Source: an uncultured Clostridia bacterium | GTDB taxonomy: Bacteria > Bacillota > Clostridia > TANB77 > CAG-508 | NCBI GenBank assembly: GCA_944386685.1 | Contig: CALXCA010000004.1 | Span: 9,410-73,409, forward strand | Length of the DNA: 64,000 nt | Direction of reading: 5' to 3' | Part shown: positions 1-9,241 of the stretch, piece by piece | How the letters are laid out: each line of letters opens with the position of its first letter | Position numbering within the stretch: position 1 is the stretch's first letter | Translations under genes and position numbers: made by a program | The notes under the pieces: generated by a model | Database searches by the model: none | What the model saw: the letters and a program-made list of their open reading frames with translations, nothing else | What the model was told of the DNA's origin: nothing

Positions 1-2
1 CA

Positions 3-551
3 ACATATTATATAATTGCTTGTGCAGAAGCAAGTTCAAATTTAGGAAGATATGACGGAATAAGATATACATATAGATCAAAAGAAGCAAAAACCTTAAA
101 AGAAATTTATAAAAAATCAAGAAGTGAAGCATTTGGAGCAGAAGTAAAAAGAAGAATTATACTTGGAACATATGTATTGTCATCAGGATATTATGATGCA
201 TATTACAAAAAAGCACAACAAGTTAGAACTTTAGTTATGAATGAATTTAACAAAGCATTTGAAAAATATGATGTAATAGTAACACCAACATCTCCAACAA
301 CAGCATTCAAATTAGGTTCAAAATCAAATAATCCAATGGAAATGTATTTAGCAGATATTTGTACAGTTTCTGTAAATATTGCAGGTCTACCAGGAATTTC
401 AATACCATGTGGAATTGATAGTGAAGGTATGCCAATAGGAATGCAAATAATTGGAAATAAATTTTGTGAAGAAACAATTATAAAAACAGCCTATGCATAT
501 GAACAAGAAACAAAATTTAGAGACAAATACAAACCTACCTTTAAAAAATAA
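3..551 (+). CDS. gatA: Glutamyl-tRNA(Gln) amidotransferase subunit A, C-terminal part (5' end lies left of the window)
   Basis: Frame 3 is open from position 3. The translation [22 protein letters not shown]...[10 protein letters not shown]...IIGNKF matches the conserved C-terminal half of GatA. gatB lies downstream. Confidence 0.9.
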   Translation, partial: TYYIIACAEASSNLGRYDGIRYTYRSKEAKTLKEIYKKSRSEAFGAEVKRRIILGTYVLSSGYYDAYYKKAQQVRTLVMNEFNKAFEKYDVIVTPTSPTTAFKLGSKSNNPMEMYLADICTVSVNIAGLPGISIPCGIDSEGMPIGMQIIGNKFCEETIIKTAYAYEQETKFRDKYKPTFKK

Positions 552-572
552 ACAAAAGAAGGAGAATAAAAA

Positions 573-2201
573 ATGGGTGATGATTTTAAGTTTACAGCAG
601 GGCAAAAAAACAAAATATATAATGAACAACTAAAACCATTAAAATTAAGAATATCACAAATCTTATTATATGATACAAAAGTAGCTATACAACTTTTACA
701 AGAATATAATGAATTAATTGAAAATACACCAGATAATGAATTAATGGATAAAATTACAGAATTAGAATTTAGAATTACAGAATATGAAAAAGGACAAGGC
801 AAAGAGAAAAGTTTTGAAGATAAAAGCCAAACAATCATTAGTCAAATAGAAGAACTTAATACTATGTCTGAAAACTTAAGTTTAGATGATTTTGAACAAG
901 AAGTATCAAAATTAATTGAAAATTATAAAGATAAGCTTGGAGATTATAATTTTGGAGATAGAGATGAAATTGAAGATAAAATATATGAATTAAAAGCAAA
1001 ATTAGTAATGAGAGAAGTTAATGAATTATATCCAGACAATATAGATATTTCTAAAGAAGATGAAATAGGATTAATGATGTATTTAAACAAAGAACTAAAT
1101 AGAATGCAACAAAACAAAAATCCAAAAGTAAAGAGCTATATTGAAAGAGTAAAATATAATTTAATGAGTGGGCCAGAAGCATTACACAATAGTGAAACAT
1201 GGAAGTTACTTAGTTATGCCCAGAAAGAAAAATTTGAAACAGAAACTATAATAACAAATAAGCCATTATCTCAAAATACAGCATTATCTGTAATAAAAAA
1301 AACAAGACCTCAATTTAATTTAATGCAAAAAATAGTAAGCACTTTTTCTAGTAAGTTTTTTAGTAAAGACCCTAAATTACCACTTAGCGCAAAAGATTTA
1401 GGAAAAATTAGTTTAGACTGGCTTGCAAAATATATACCAATAGATATGGTAAAAGATATTGAAAATCAAAGGTTAGAAAAAGAAAATAGAGATACTGAAA
1501 ATAAGTATACACCAGATTCAAAAAGTGTAATATATTGGATAATGGAAAAACTTGAAGATCCAAATAAAATTGAAGGATATTATTGGAGTTTTGGATATAA
1601 TAAATTCTTTAAATTTGATAAAAAATTGAATTATGCAAATAAGTTTCTCTTTAATATAGATGATTTTGGAAATATGTTATTTACTAGATTAGAATACGTG
1701 TATAAACAGTGTGTCAAAATAGATCCGAAAATGAAATTGCCACAATGTTTGGCATATGCTGAATTAGTAGATGCAATAATGAAAACAAGTTTTGGATATT
1801 GTTTTTGTGATTGTTTGGAAGAATATTGCTCAGACAATAATAAAGCAGAACTTACATATGAGAAAGATGGTGAAAGTCTAAAATATTTTTGTCCTTCATA
1901 TGCAAAATACGACAAAGATCGTTATAAAGATTTATATAAAGGAATTCTTGAAAGTTTTGAAATGATACAACAAGAATGTAGAGAAACTAAAGATGCATTT
2001 TGGGAAGAAGAAAACCAAAAAAGAGAAGCTTTTTACAAAGCTCAAAAAAGTGAAAAAACAGCAGAAACAAAAGAACAACAATTTAGAAATCGTATACAAT
2101 CAGATGTAAAAATAAAAGCAGAAGGCATAGAAAATACGGAAGAGCAAAAGAAACGAGAAGAGAATCCAAAAAAAGTAGATAAAGACGATTTAACCAAATA
2201 A
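573..2201 (+). CDS. Hypothetical protein, 542 aa (charged helical N half, Cys-rich C half, K/E-rich tail)
   Basis: The ATG lies 21 nt after the gatA stop and follows aaggag. It is a long ORF with no motif I recognise. It has a Cys cluster: CVKIDPKMKLPQC ... FGYCFCDCLEEYC ... YFCPSY. Confidence 0.6.
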   Translation: MGDDFKFTAGQKNKIYNEQLKPLKLRISQILLYDTKVAIQLLQEYNELIENTPDNELMDKITELEFRITEYEKGQGKEKSFEDKSQTIISQIEELNTMSENLSLDDFEQEVSKLIENYKDKLGDYNFGDRDEIEDKIYELKAKLVMREVNELYPDNIDISKEDEIGLMMYLNKELNRMQQNKNPKVKSYIERVKYNLMSGPEALHNSETWKLLSYAQKEKFETETIITNKPLSQNTALSVIKKTRPQFNLMQKIVSTFSSKFFSKDPKLPLSAKDLGKISLDWLAKYIPIDMVKDIENQRLEKENRDTENKYTPDSKSVIYWIMEKLEDPNKIEGYYWSFGYNKFFKFDKKLNYANKFLFNIDDFGNMLFTRLEYVYKQCVKIDPKMKLPQCLAYAELVDAIMKTSFGYCFCDCLEEYCSDNNKAELTYEKDGESLKYFCPSYAKYDKDRYKDLYKGILESFEMIQQECRETKDAFWEEENQKREAFYKAQKSEKTAETKEQQFRNRIQSDVKIKAEGIENTEEQKKREENPKKVDKDDLTK

Positions 2202-2233
2202 TAAAATTTGAAATATGTACAAGGAGCATAAAG

Positions 2234-3505
2234 ATGAAAAAAGTAACAAAATCTACTAAGATTTTAAGTAGTATTTTACTAATATTGTGTATAATTGCAA
2301 TTGCTTTTGGCATAAAAAATGTAAATAAGCAAAAATCAAATAATTCAAATTATAATACTGTATTGACCTCAGAAACAGAAAATTCCAATGAGAAAGCTCA
2401 AACAAATTCAACAAGTCAAACAACTAAAACCGAAACAACAAGTTCTGTAGAAAGCAATCAAGAAGATTTTTCAAATGAATTATTTGCAAAATACTATGAG
2501 CAAGCAGAACAAATAATGAAAGATATGACAATAGAAGAAAAAGTTGGACAAATGTTTCTAGTAAGATATCCAGATAATGGAGTAATAGAACAAATAAAAG
2601 AAGAAGCTCCAGGAGGATATATATTATTTGGAAAAGACTTTGACAATGAAACCAAAGAAAGCATATTAAAAGAACTTACAGAAAATCAACAAGCAAGTAA
2701 AATAGGACTTATATTTGGAGTAGATGAAGAAGGCGGAACAGTTGTAAGAGTAAGTTCTCACAAAGCATTTAGAAGTTCAAAATTCCAATCACCACAAGAA
2801 TTATGGAAACAAGGACAATTACCAAAAATATTAGAAGATTCAAAAGAAAAATCAGAACTACTAAAAAGTATAGGATTAAACATGAATTTAGCACCAGTTG
2901 TAGATGTTCCAACAAAAACAACTTCATTTATATATAAGAGGTCATATGGAAGAGGAGCAGAAAAAACAGCTACATATGTATCAAGATTAATACAAACAAT
3001 GAATGAAGATAATATGATTTCTGTTATGAAACATTTCCCTGGTTATGGTGATAATGTAGATACACATACTGGAATTGCAATTGATGAAAGACCATATTCA
3101 ACATTTGAAACTTCTGATTTTCTACCATTTGAAAGTGGAATAAAAGCAGAAGGACCATGTATTTTAGTAAGTCATAATATAGTAAAATCAATGGATGAAA
3201 GTTATCCTGCATCACTATCAGAAAATGTGCATAAAATTCTAAGAGAAGAACTAAAATTTTCTGGCGTAGTAATAACAGATGATTTAGCAATGGATGCTGT
3301 TAAAACATATGCTGAAAATGGAGATGTGGCAGTACAGGCAGTACTTGCAGGAAATGATATGTTAATTACATCAGATTTTATAGAACAAAAGCAAGAAATT
3401 TTAAAAGCTATAGAAGAAAATAAAATAAGTGAAAACATTATAAATAAAGCAGTTAGAAGAATACTTTCAATGAAAATTGATTATGGAATAATAGATAATA
3501 TTTAA
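2234..3505 (+). CDS. Glycoside hydrolase family 3 beta-N-acetylhexosaminidase-like protein (NagZ-like) with N-terminal membrane anchor
   Basis: KHFPGYGDNVDTHTG and GVDEEGGTVVR are GH3-type motifs. There is a hydrophobic segment ILSSILLILCIIAIAFGI followed by an S/T/N-rich linker. Confidence 0.75.
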   Translation: MKKVTKSTKILSSILLILCIIAIAFGIKNVNKQKSNNSNYNTVLTSETENSNEKAQTNSTSQTTKTETTSSVESNQEDFSNELFAKYYEQAEQIMKDMTIEEKVGQMFLVRYPDNGVIEQIKEEAPGGYILFGKDFDNETKESILKELTENQQASKIGLIFGVDEEGGTVVRVSSHKAFRSSKFQSPQELWKQGQLPKILEDSKEKSELLKSIGLNMNLAPVVDVPTKTTSFIYKRSYGRGAEKTATYVSRLIQTMNEDNMISVMKHFPGYGDNVDTHTGIAIDERPYSTFETSDFLPFESGIKAEGPCILVSHNIVKSMDESYPASLSENVHKILREELKFSGVVITDDLAMDAVKTYAENGDVAVQAVLAGNDMLITSDFIEQKQEILKAIEENKISENIINKAVRRILSMKIDYGIIDNI

Positions 3506-3541
3506 AAATTTAACACAAAAAACAAGGAGGTTAACATATAA

Positions 3542-4981
3542 ATGGCAAGAGAAGATTATGAAGTAGTAATGGGACTAGAAGTTCACGCAGAACTTTCAAC
3601 AAAAACAAAAATATTTTGTAGTTGTCCTACAAAATTTGGAGCAAAGCCAAATACACAAGTATGTCCAATATGTATGGCAATGCCAGGAACATTACCAAAA
3701 TTAAACGAAAAAGTCGTAGAATATGCAGTAAAAGCTGGACTTGCAACAAATTGTGAAATATCAAGAAATAGTAAAAATGATAGAAAAAATTATTTTTATC
3801 CAGATTTACCAAAAGCATATCAAATTTCACAATATGACAAACCATTATGTGAGCATGGATATATAGAAATAGAAACAAGTAAAGGAAAAAAGAAAATAGG
3901 AATAACACGTATTCATATTGAAGAAGATGCAGGAAAATTAGACCATGATGATTTAAGTGGAGGAGCTCTTGTAGATTTAAACAGAGCAGGAGTACCACTA
4001 ATAGAAATAGTATCTGAGCCAGATTTCCGTTCAGTAGAAGAAGTAGATAGCTACTTAAAAAAATTAAAGTCAATACTTGAATATATAGAAGTATCAGACT
4101 GTAAAATGCAAGAAGGTTCATATAGAGCAGATGTTAATACTTCAATAAGACCAATTGGTTCTCAAAAACTAGGAACACGTACAGAAATGAAAAACATGAA
4201 CTCATTTAGAAGTATCACAAGAGCACTAGAATATGAAATAGGAAGACAAGTAGACATATTAGACAATGGAGGAACAGTTGAACAAGAAACATTAAGATGG
4301 GATGAGGTATCTGGAAAAACATTTTCTATGAGAGATAAAGAAGATGCACAAGATTATAGATATTTCCCAGAACCAGATTTAGTTGCAATAAAATTATCTG
4401 AAGAATATATAGAAAATATTAGAAAAACATTACCAGAAATGCCTGAAAGTAGAAAACAAAGATATTTAAATGATTATAAGTTATCAGAAAAAGATGCTGG
4501 AATTATAACATCATCTAAATATCTATCAGATTTATTTGAAAAAGCAGGAGAGATATGTGGTAATTATAAAGCAGTAAATAATTGGATTATTTCAGATATT
4601 TCTAGAATATTAAATGAAACGGAAATGGATCCAATTGAGATTCCATTTGATGCTAAGCAGTTAGCAAAATTAGTAACTTTAATAGATAAAGGAACAATAA
4701 GCTCAAGCATAGGTAAAAAAGTTCTAGAAGAATTATTTGAAAATCCAAGAGACCCAGAAGATATTATTAAAGAAAAAGGCTGGATACAAATTTCTGATGA
4801 AAGTGCAATAAAAGAAATTGTACAAAAAATTATTGAAGCAAATCCTCAATCTGTTACAGACTACAAGGGTGGAAAAGATAGAGCTTTAGGATTTTTAGTT
4901 GGACAAGCCATGAAAGAAACTAAAGGAAAGGCAAATCCACAACTTCTAAACAAACTATTTATAGAAGAACTAAACAAATAA
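3542..4981 (+). CDS. gatB: Aspartyl/glutamyl-tRNA amidotransferase subunit B
   Basis: The N-terminus YEVVMGLEVHAELSTKTKIFCSC and the C-terminal GatB/YqeY-type domain are present. aaggagg RBS. Confidence 0.95.
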   Translation: MAREDYEVVMGLEVHAELSTKTKIFCSCPTKFGAKPNTQVCPICMAMPGTLPKLNEKVVEYAVKAGLATNCEISRNSKNDRKNYFYPDLPKAYQISQYDKPLCEHGYIEIETSKGKKKIGITRIHIEEDAGKLDHDDLSGGALVDLNRAGVPLIEIVSEPDFRSVEEVDSYLKKLKSILEYIEVSDCKMQEGSYRADVNTSIRPIGSQKLGTRTEMKNMNSFRSITRALEYEIGRQVDILDNGGTVEQETLRWDEVSGKTFSMRDKEDAQDYRYFPEPDLVAIKLSEEYIENIRKTLPEMPESRKQRYLNDYKLSEKDAGIITSSKYLSDLFEKAGEICGNYKAVNNWIISDISRILNETEMDPIEIPFDAKQLAKLVTLIDKGTISSSIGKKVLEELFENPRDPEDIIKEKGWIQISDESAIKEIVQKIIEANPQSVTDYKGGKDRALGFLVGQAMKETKGKANPQLLNKLFIEELNK

Positions 4982-5046
4982 TAATTTATATTATATATTA
5001 ATTAAAAAGGAATAATTACGAAAGTTATATAGAATGAGAGTGGAAA

Positions 5047-6321
5047 ATGAATATAGAAGAATATTTATCTAATTTTTTTAGAGGAACTAAAAATCCGAGT
5101 TTAAATGCAATGAATTATTTAATGAATGAATTTAAACATCCAGAAGATAAACTAAAGGCAATTCATATTGCAGGCACAAATGGAAAAGGTAGTGTAACAG
5201 AAATGATTACAAATGTATTAATAAAGGAAGGATATACAGTTGGAAAATATATAAGCCCACATTTAATAAAATATAATGAAAGAATAAGTGTAAATAATAA
5301 AAACATTAGTAACAATGAAATGGAAAAATTAATAAATAAAATAAATCCATTAATAGAAAAATATAATTCTGAAAGTGATGTTCCTGTTACATTATTTGAA
5401 TTAGAAACAACAATGGCTTTTTTATATTTTGAAGCAAAGAAATGTGACTTTATTGTATTAGAAACTGGGCTTGGAGGACTTTATGATTGCACAAATATAA
5501 TAAAACATCCACTAGTAAGTGTTATTACATCAATTGGATATGACCATATGCATATTCTTGGAAATACACTACCAGAAATAGCATATCAGAAAGCAGGAAT
5601 TATAAAAGATAATTCTAATACGGTAATATTTGAGGGAAAACCAGATATTGACAATGTTTTTATAAATGAATGTAAAGAGAAAAATAATACTTTACATATT
5701 ATAGAGAAAACTAACATTTCTAATTATTCTTTTGATAATAATTTTCAATATTTTGATTTTAAAAACTTTAAAAATATAACTATTAATTTAAAAGGAAAAG
5801 CTCAAGTTCGAAATGCATGTTTATGTATAGAAGTATTTAAAATATTAAATAAATTAGGATATCATATTGATAAAGAAAGTATTCTAGATGGATTAAAAAC
5901 AGTTATACATAATGGAAGAATGGAACAATTAAAAGATAATCCTATAATTATTTTTGATGGTGCACACAATGAACCAGCCATAGAGAATTTGCAAGATATG
6001 GTAAAAATGTATTATGAGAAAAAGAAAAGAATTTATATTATTTCAATATTAAAAAGAAAAGATTATAATAAAATGTTGGAATTACTTGCAGAGGATAAAG
6101 AGGCTTTATTTGTATTAACATCAGGAAATAATCAAGATAAATTTGCATCAAAAGATGAACTATATGAATGTATGAAAAAATTTGTTAATACTGATAAAAT
6201 TTACAAAAAAAATTTAGATGAAGCCATTATTGATGCTATAAATAGTGATTCTAATACAGTAAATTTTATTATTGGTAGTTTTTATACATATGGAACAGTT
6301 ATTGAAATATTAAAAAAATAA
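5047..6321 (+). CDS. folC: Folylpolyglutamate synthase / dihydrofolate synthase
   Basis: Mur-ligase P-loop HIAGTNGKGSV, and the DGAHN motif near the C-domain. Confidence 0.85.
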   Translation: MNIEEYLSNFFRGTKNPSLNAMNYLMNEFKHPEDKLKAIHIAGTNGKGSVTEMITNVLIKEGYTVGKYISPHLIKYNERISVNNKNISNNEMEKLINKINPLIEKYNSESDVPVTLFELETTMAFLYFEAKKCDFIVLETGLGGLYDCTNIIKHPLVSVITSIGYDHMHILGNTLPEIAYQKAGIIKDNSNTVIFEGKPDIDNVFINECKEKNNTLHIIEKTNISNYSFDNNFQYFDFKNFKNITINLKGKAQVRNACLCIEVFKILNKLGYHIDKESILDGLKTVIHNGRMEQLKDNPIIIFDGAHNEPAIENLQDMVKMYYEKKKRIYIISILKRKDYNKMLELLAEDKEALFVLTSGNNQDKFASKDELYECMKKFVNTDKIYKKNLDEAIIDAINSDSNTVNFIIGSFYTYGTVIEILKK

Positions 6322-6334
6322 ACAGTAAATAAAC

Positions 6335-6361
6335 AACCAGGTGCACAAAGTGCACCTGGTT
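6335..6361. terminator. Bidirectional hairpin terminator between convergent folC and the 192-aa gene
   Basis: Perfect 12-bp stem aaccaggtgcac / gtgcacctggtt with a 3-nt loop. A T-rich run follows on the minus strand. Confidence 0.7.
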
Positions 6362-6370
6362 TCAACATGT

Positions 6371-6946
6371 TTAAAATTTGAACATTGGCATAATGCTTAA
6401 GCCAACATATTCCTCAAAGCCGATTTTCTTTTTGATAATATCTAGTTTGATTTTGTCATCAAACTTGGCATTTACCCAGTCGACAAAAGAAAAAGAATTA
6501 TCATCAAAGTAGAGCAGACTTTTTTCTACGTCCTGTCCAATAATTTTTTTAGAAACGATGCTCTGAATTTGCTTGTCATACAAGTTTCCTTTCAGCTGGT
6601 ATTCGCCCGAGATACCACGGGTGAGAGATACTTTACTCATAATAGGCATCTCCATATTAATAGCATTTAAAAAAGTTGCATAATACGGATTAATTGTACC
6701 TAGCATGAAAACTTCTCCATTAAGTGTTTTTACACTTTTATTGTCTTCGGAGTAAATATCAATTCCGTTGTTAGAGATAAAAAATTCTTCATTTTTGGAA
6801 CCAGCACCTATGATACCTGTAACACGTTTCAGCTTAGATCTGAAGTCGTCTTTGGTCATAGAGCAAATTCGTGTTTTATACTGTTTCTGCTGTTCGTCAA
6901 AATAAATTTCAGTCCGAATAAATGCCCAATTGTCGATTTTAATCAT
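6371..6946 (-). CDS. Hypothetical protein, about 192 aa, no recognised domain; visibly G+C-richer than its surroundings
   Basis: I chose the start at MIKIDNW (ATG 6946) because it follows aaggag at good spacing and lies downstream of a perfect promoter at 7010-7038. The track ORF start at 7000 would fall at or upstream of the predicted transcript start. Confidence 0.6.
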   Translation of the reverse strand: MIKIDNWAFIRTEIYFDEQQKQYKTRICSMTKDDFRSKLKRVTGIIGAGSKNEEFFISNNGIDIYSEDNKSVKTLNGEVFMLGTINPYYATFLNAINMEMPIMSKVSLTRGISGEYQLKGNLYDKQIQSIVSKKIIGQDVEKSLLYFDDNSFSFVDWVNAKFDDKIKLDIIKKKIGFEEYVGLSIMPMFKF

Positions 6947-7009
6947 GCCAATTCTCCTTTTCTTTAACATATTGTTTGGCGTATAATTGCAGATTAGCAA
7001 TCTTTAGAG

Positions 7010-7038
7010 ATTATATAATGTTTTTGTAGAATTGTCAA
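7010..7038 (-). promoter_or_regulatory. Consensus sigma-A type promoter for the 192-aa gene
   Basis: The minus strand reads TTGACA (7038-7033), a 17-nt spacer, then TATAAT (7015-7010). Confidence 0.65.
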
Positions 7039-7047
7039 GAATTATGT

Positions 7048-7283
7048 AAAATTATTTAGATTGAAAGGTAGATATATAAAATAATTTAAAGTTTTCCAAC
7101 TCATTACATTCAAAAAGAATTTATAAGGCTTTCTCATGAGCCTCTTTCACTCCGACCCTCTCGTAAACTCGAGTACCGTGAACATCCCTCATTCGAAAGC
7201 CTAATAAATTCTAATTTTCATTTCAATCGATTGTCAAACATTTAAATTATTTTATATATCTACCTTTCAATCTAAATAATTTT
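7048..7283. repeat. 236-bp nested palindrome with 43-bp perfect inverted terminal arms
   Basis: 7048-7090 (aaaattatttagattgaaaggtagatatataaaataatttaaa) is the exact reverse complement of 7241-7283. The 150-bp interior is partly self-complementary, for example 7126-7140 with 7188-7202, and is G+C-richer. The right arm touches the htpX stop codon. Confidence 0.85.
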
Positions 7284-8172
7284 ATTTCAAATTTCTTAAA
7301 GCTTCTATTCTATCTTCTGTGCTAGGGTGAGTAGACCATATACTAGAAGTACTTTTTTTATTTCTAAAAGGATTAGCAATATACATATTTTCTGTAGCCT
7401 TATTTGCAACTTTAAGCTGATTAGGGTCTGCAGAAATTTTTTCAAGAGCTGAAATCAAACCTTCTGGATTTCTAGTAAATTCAATAGCTGTTGCATCTGC
7501 TAAAAATTCTCTTTTTCTAGAAAAAGCAAGTTTCATTAACTGTCCAAAAATAGGAGCTAAAATTAAAAATATTAAACCAATTAACATTAAAATTGCATTT
7601 CCTTTACTATTATCATCATCTCTATCTTTAAAACCACCCCAAAAAGTAATTCTAGTAAACCAATCTGAAAGCATAACAACAAAACCAACCATTACAGAAA
7701 CAACTGCTGAAAATAGAATATCATAATTTTTTATATGTGCCATTTCGTGTGCAATAACACCCTCTAATTCATAATATTCTAATTTATCTAATAATCCAGT
7801 TGTAACACAAATTACTGCATTTTGTGGATTTCTACCGGTTGCAAAAGCATTTGGTTGAGCATCTTCAACAACATATAATCTTGGTTTTGCAGGTAAACCT
7901 GAAGAAACTACAAGAGCATCTAAAATATTTACTAATTTTAAATCCTCTTCTTTAGTTGCAGGTCTTGCTTTATTTAAACTTAGAACTATTTTATCACTAT
8001 AATAATAAGAGCCCCAAGTTGATATAATTGCAAAAATTAAAGCAATTATAATAGACATTTCTCCTAAATTTAAAGCCATACAAATGTAATAAACAATTAC
8101 TGATATAAAGGCTAAAAATAGAAAAACTATAAATGCAGATTTTATTTTATTTTTTTTAATATCTTCAAACAT
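7282..8172 (-). CDS. htpX: Zinc metalloprotease HtpX (peptidase M48)
   Basis: HEMAHIKNYD zinc motif, four hydrophobic segments, and the conserved C-terminal STHPSTEDRI. Confidence 0.9.
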   Translation of the reverse strand: MFEDIKKNKIKSAFIVFLFLAFISVIVYYICMALNLGEMSIIIALIFAIISTWGSYYYSDKIVLSLNKARPATKEEDLKLVNILDALVVSSGLPAKPRLYVVEDAQPNAFATGRNPQNAVICVTTGLLDKLEYYELEGVIAHEMAHIKNYDILFSAVVSVMVGFVVMLSDWFTRITFWGGFKDRDDDNSKGNAILMLIGLIFLILAPIFGQLMKLAFSRKREFLADATAIEFTRNPEGLISALEKISADPNQLKVANKATENMYIANPFRNKKSTSSIWSTHPSTEDRIEALRNLK

Positions 8173-8330
8173 AATAACTTCCTTTCTTAAAAGATTAATA
8201 TATATATATTAATTATAATAAATTAAAAGATATTATAATTAATTAAACTTTTTATTTCAAAAATTAATTATCAAAATATTATAAAATTGAAGAGATAGAA
8301 CCTAATTCTATCCCTTTATTAATAATTAAA

Positions 8331-8885
8331 TTATTTGTTAAAATCAACTTTAACATTTTTTCTTGCTTCATCACTTTCTGCTGCAAATAATTCTTTTTGT
8401 TTAAAATTAAACATTCCAGCAATAATATTTGAAGGGAAAACTTCTAATTTTGTGTTATACATTGTAACACTATCATTATAAAATTGTCTAGAAAAAGAAA
8501 TTTTATTTTCAGTATTACGTAATTCTTCAGATAAATCAGCAAAATTTTGATTTGCTTTTAAATCTGGATAATTTTCTGAAACAGCCATAATTGTTTTTAA
8601 TGCACTAGTAAGTTCTCCATCTAAATTAGCTTTTTCTCCAACTGATGAAGAATTTGCCCAAGATGTTCTTAATTGTGCAATTTTTTCAAATGTTTCAGAT
8701 TCATGAGTCATATAACCTTTAACTGTTTCAACAAAATTAGGTATTAAATCAAATCTTCTTTGTAGTTGTACATCAATTTGGCTCCATGCATTTTCAACTT
8801 TTTGTCTTGCTGTAACTAATCCATTGTACATACCAATTACCCAAACTACAATTAGTATAACTACAACTAAAACAATCCAACCCAT
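8331..8885 (-). CDS. lemA: LemA family membrane protein
   Basis: N-terminal TM segment followed by YNGLVTARQKVENAWSQIDVQLQRRFDLIPN, which is typical of LemA. The lemA-htpX pairing is common. The start could instead be 8897 or 8918. Confidence 0.85.
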   Translation of the reverse strand: MGWIVLVVVILIVVWVIGMYNGLVTARQKVENAWSQIDVQLQRRFDLIPNFVETVKGYMTHESETFEKIAQLRTSWANSSSVGEKANLDGELTSALKTIMAVSENYPDLKANQNFADLSEELRNTENKISFSRQFYNDSVTMYNTKLEVFPSNIIAGMFNFKQKELFAAESDEARKNVKVDFNK

Positions 8886-9241
8886 ATAAAATACCATTCC
8901 TTTCTCAATTAGTTTCAAGGTATATATAGTTGAGATGATATTTTTTCAACTCAAATACCTTATCATATTTAATATAATATCATAAAACATTTTAAATTAC
9001 AATTATTTTCATTAAATTTTCACAGAAATGGTTACTATATAATTTTTTTTATTTGAGCAAGAAATTTTCTAAAAAAAATAAAAATTTTAAGAATTTTTTT
9101 TGTACAAGCAGAATATAATATATTAAATACCAAGCAATGGCAAGGTTTGTAGATGATGGAAACACAAAAACAAAAAATTTGACAAAAAAATAAAAAATGT
9201 GTATAATAAATTTGTCGCAAAAAGGAGGATATAAAATTTTT

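Noticed and set aside
7010-7038. Perfect consensus promoters, considered as evidence that a cassette is foreign.
   Set aside because: Equally good TTGACA/TTGAAA-17-TATAAT promoters precede core genes here, for example upstream of the G5/3D gene at about 9188-9216 and the M23 gene at about 45966-45994. Consensus promoters therefore seem normal for this genome.
7126-7202. Mirror-image mini-ORFs of 22-23 codons on both strands inside the 236-bp palindrome.
   Set aside because: Neither has an RBS. Their existence on both strands is a trivial consequence of the palindromic sequence.
9040-9241. A possible ydaO-type (c-di-AMP) riboswitch upstream of the G5/3D cell-wall gene, because such genes are often controlled that way.
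   Set aside because: A TTGACA-17-TATAAT promoter lies only about 30 nt from the start codon, and I could not find the conserved ydaO core segments. An Rfam scan would settle it.
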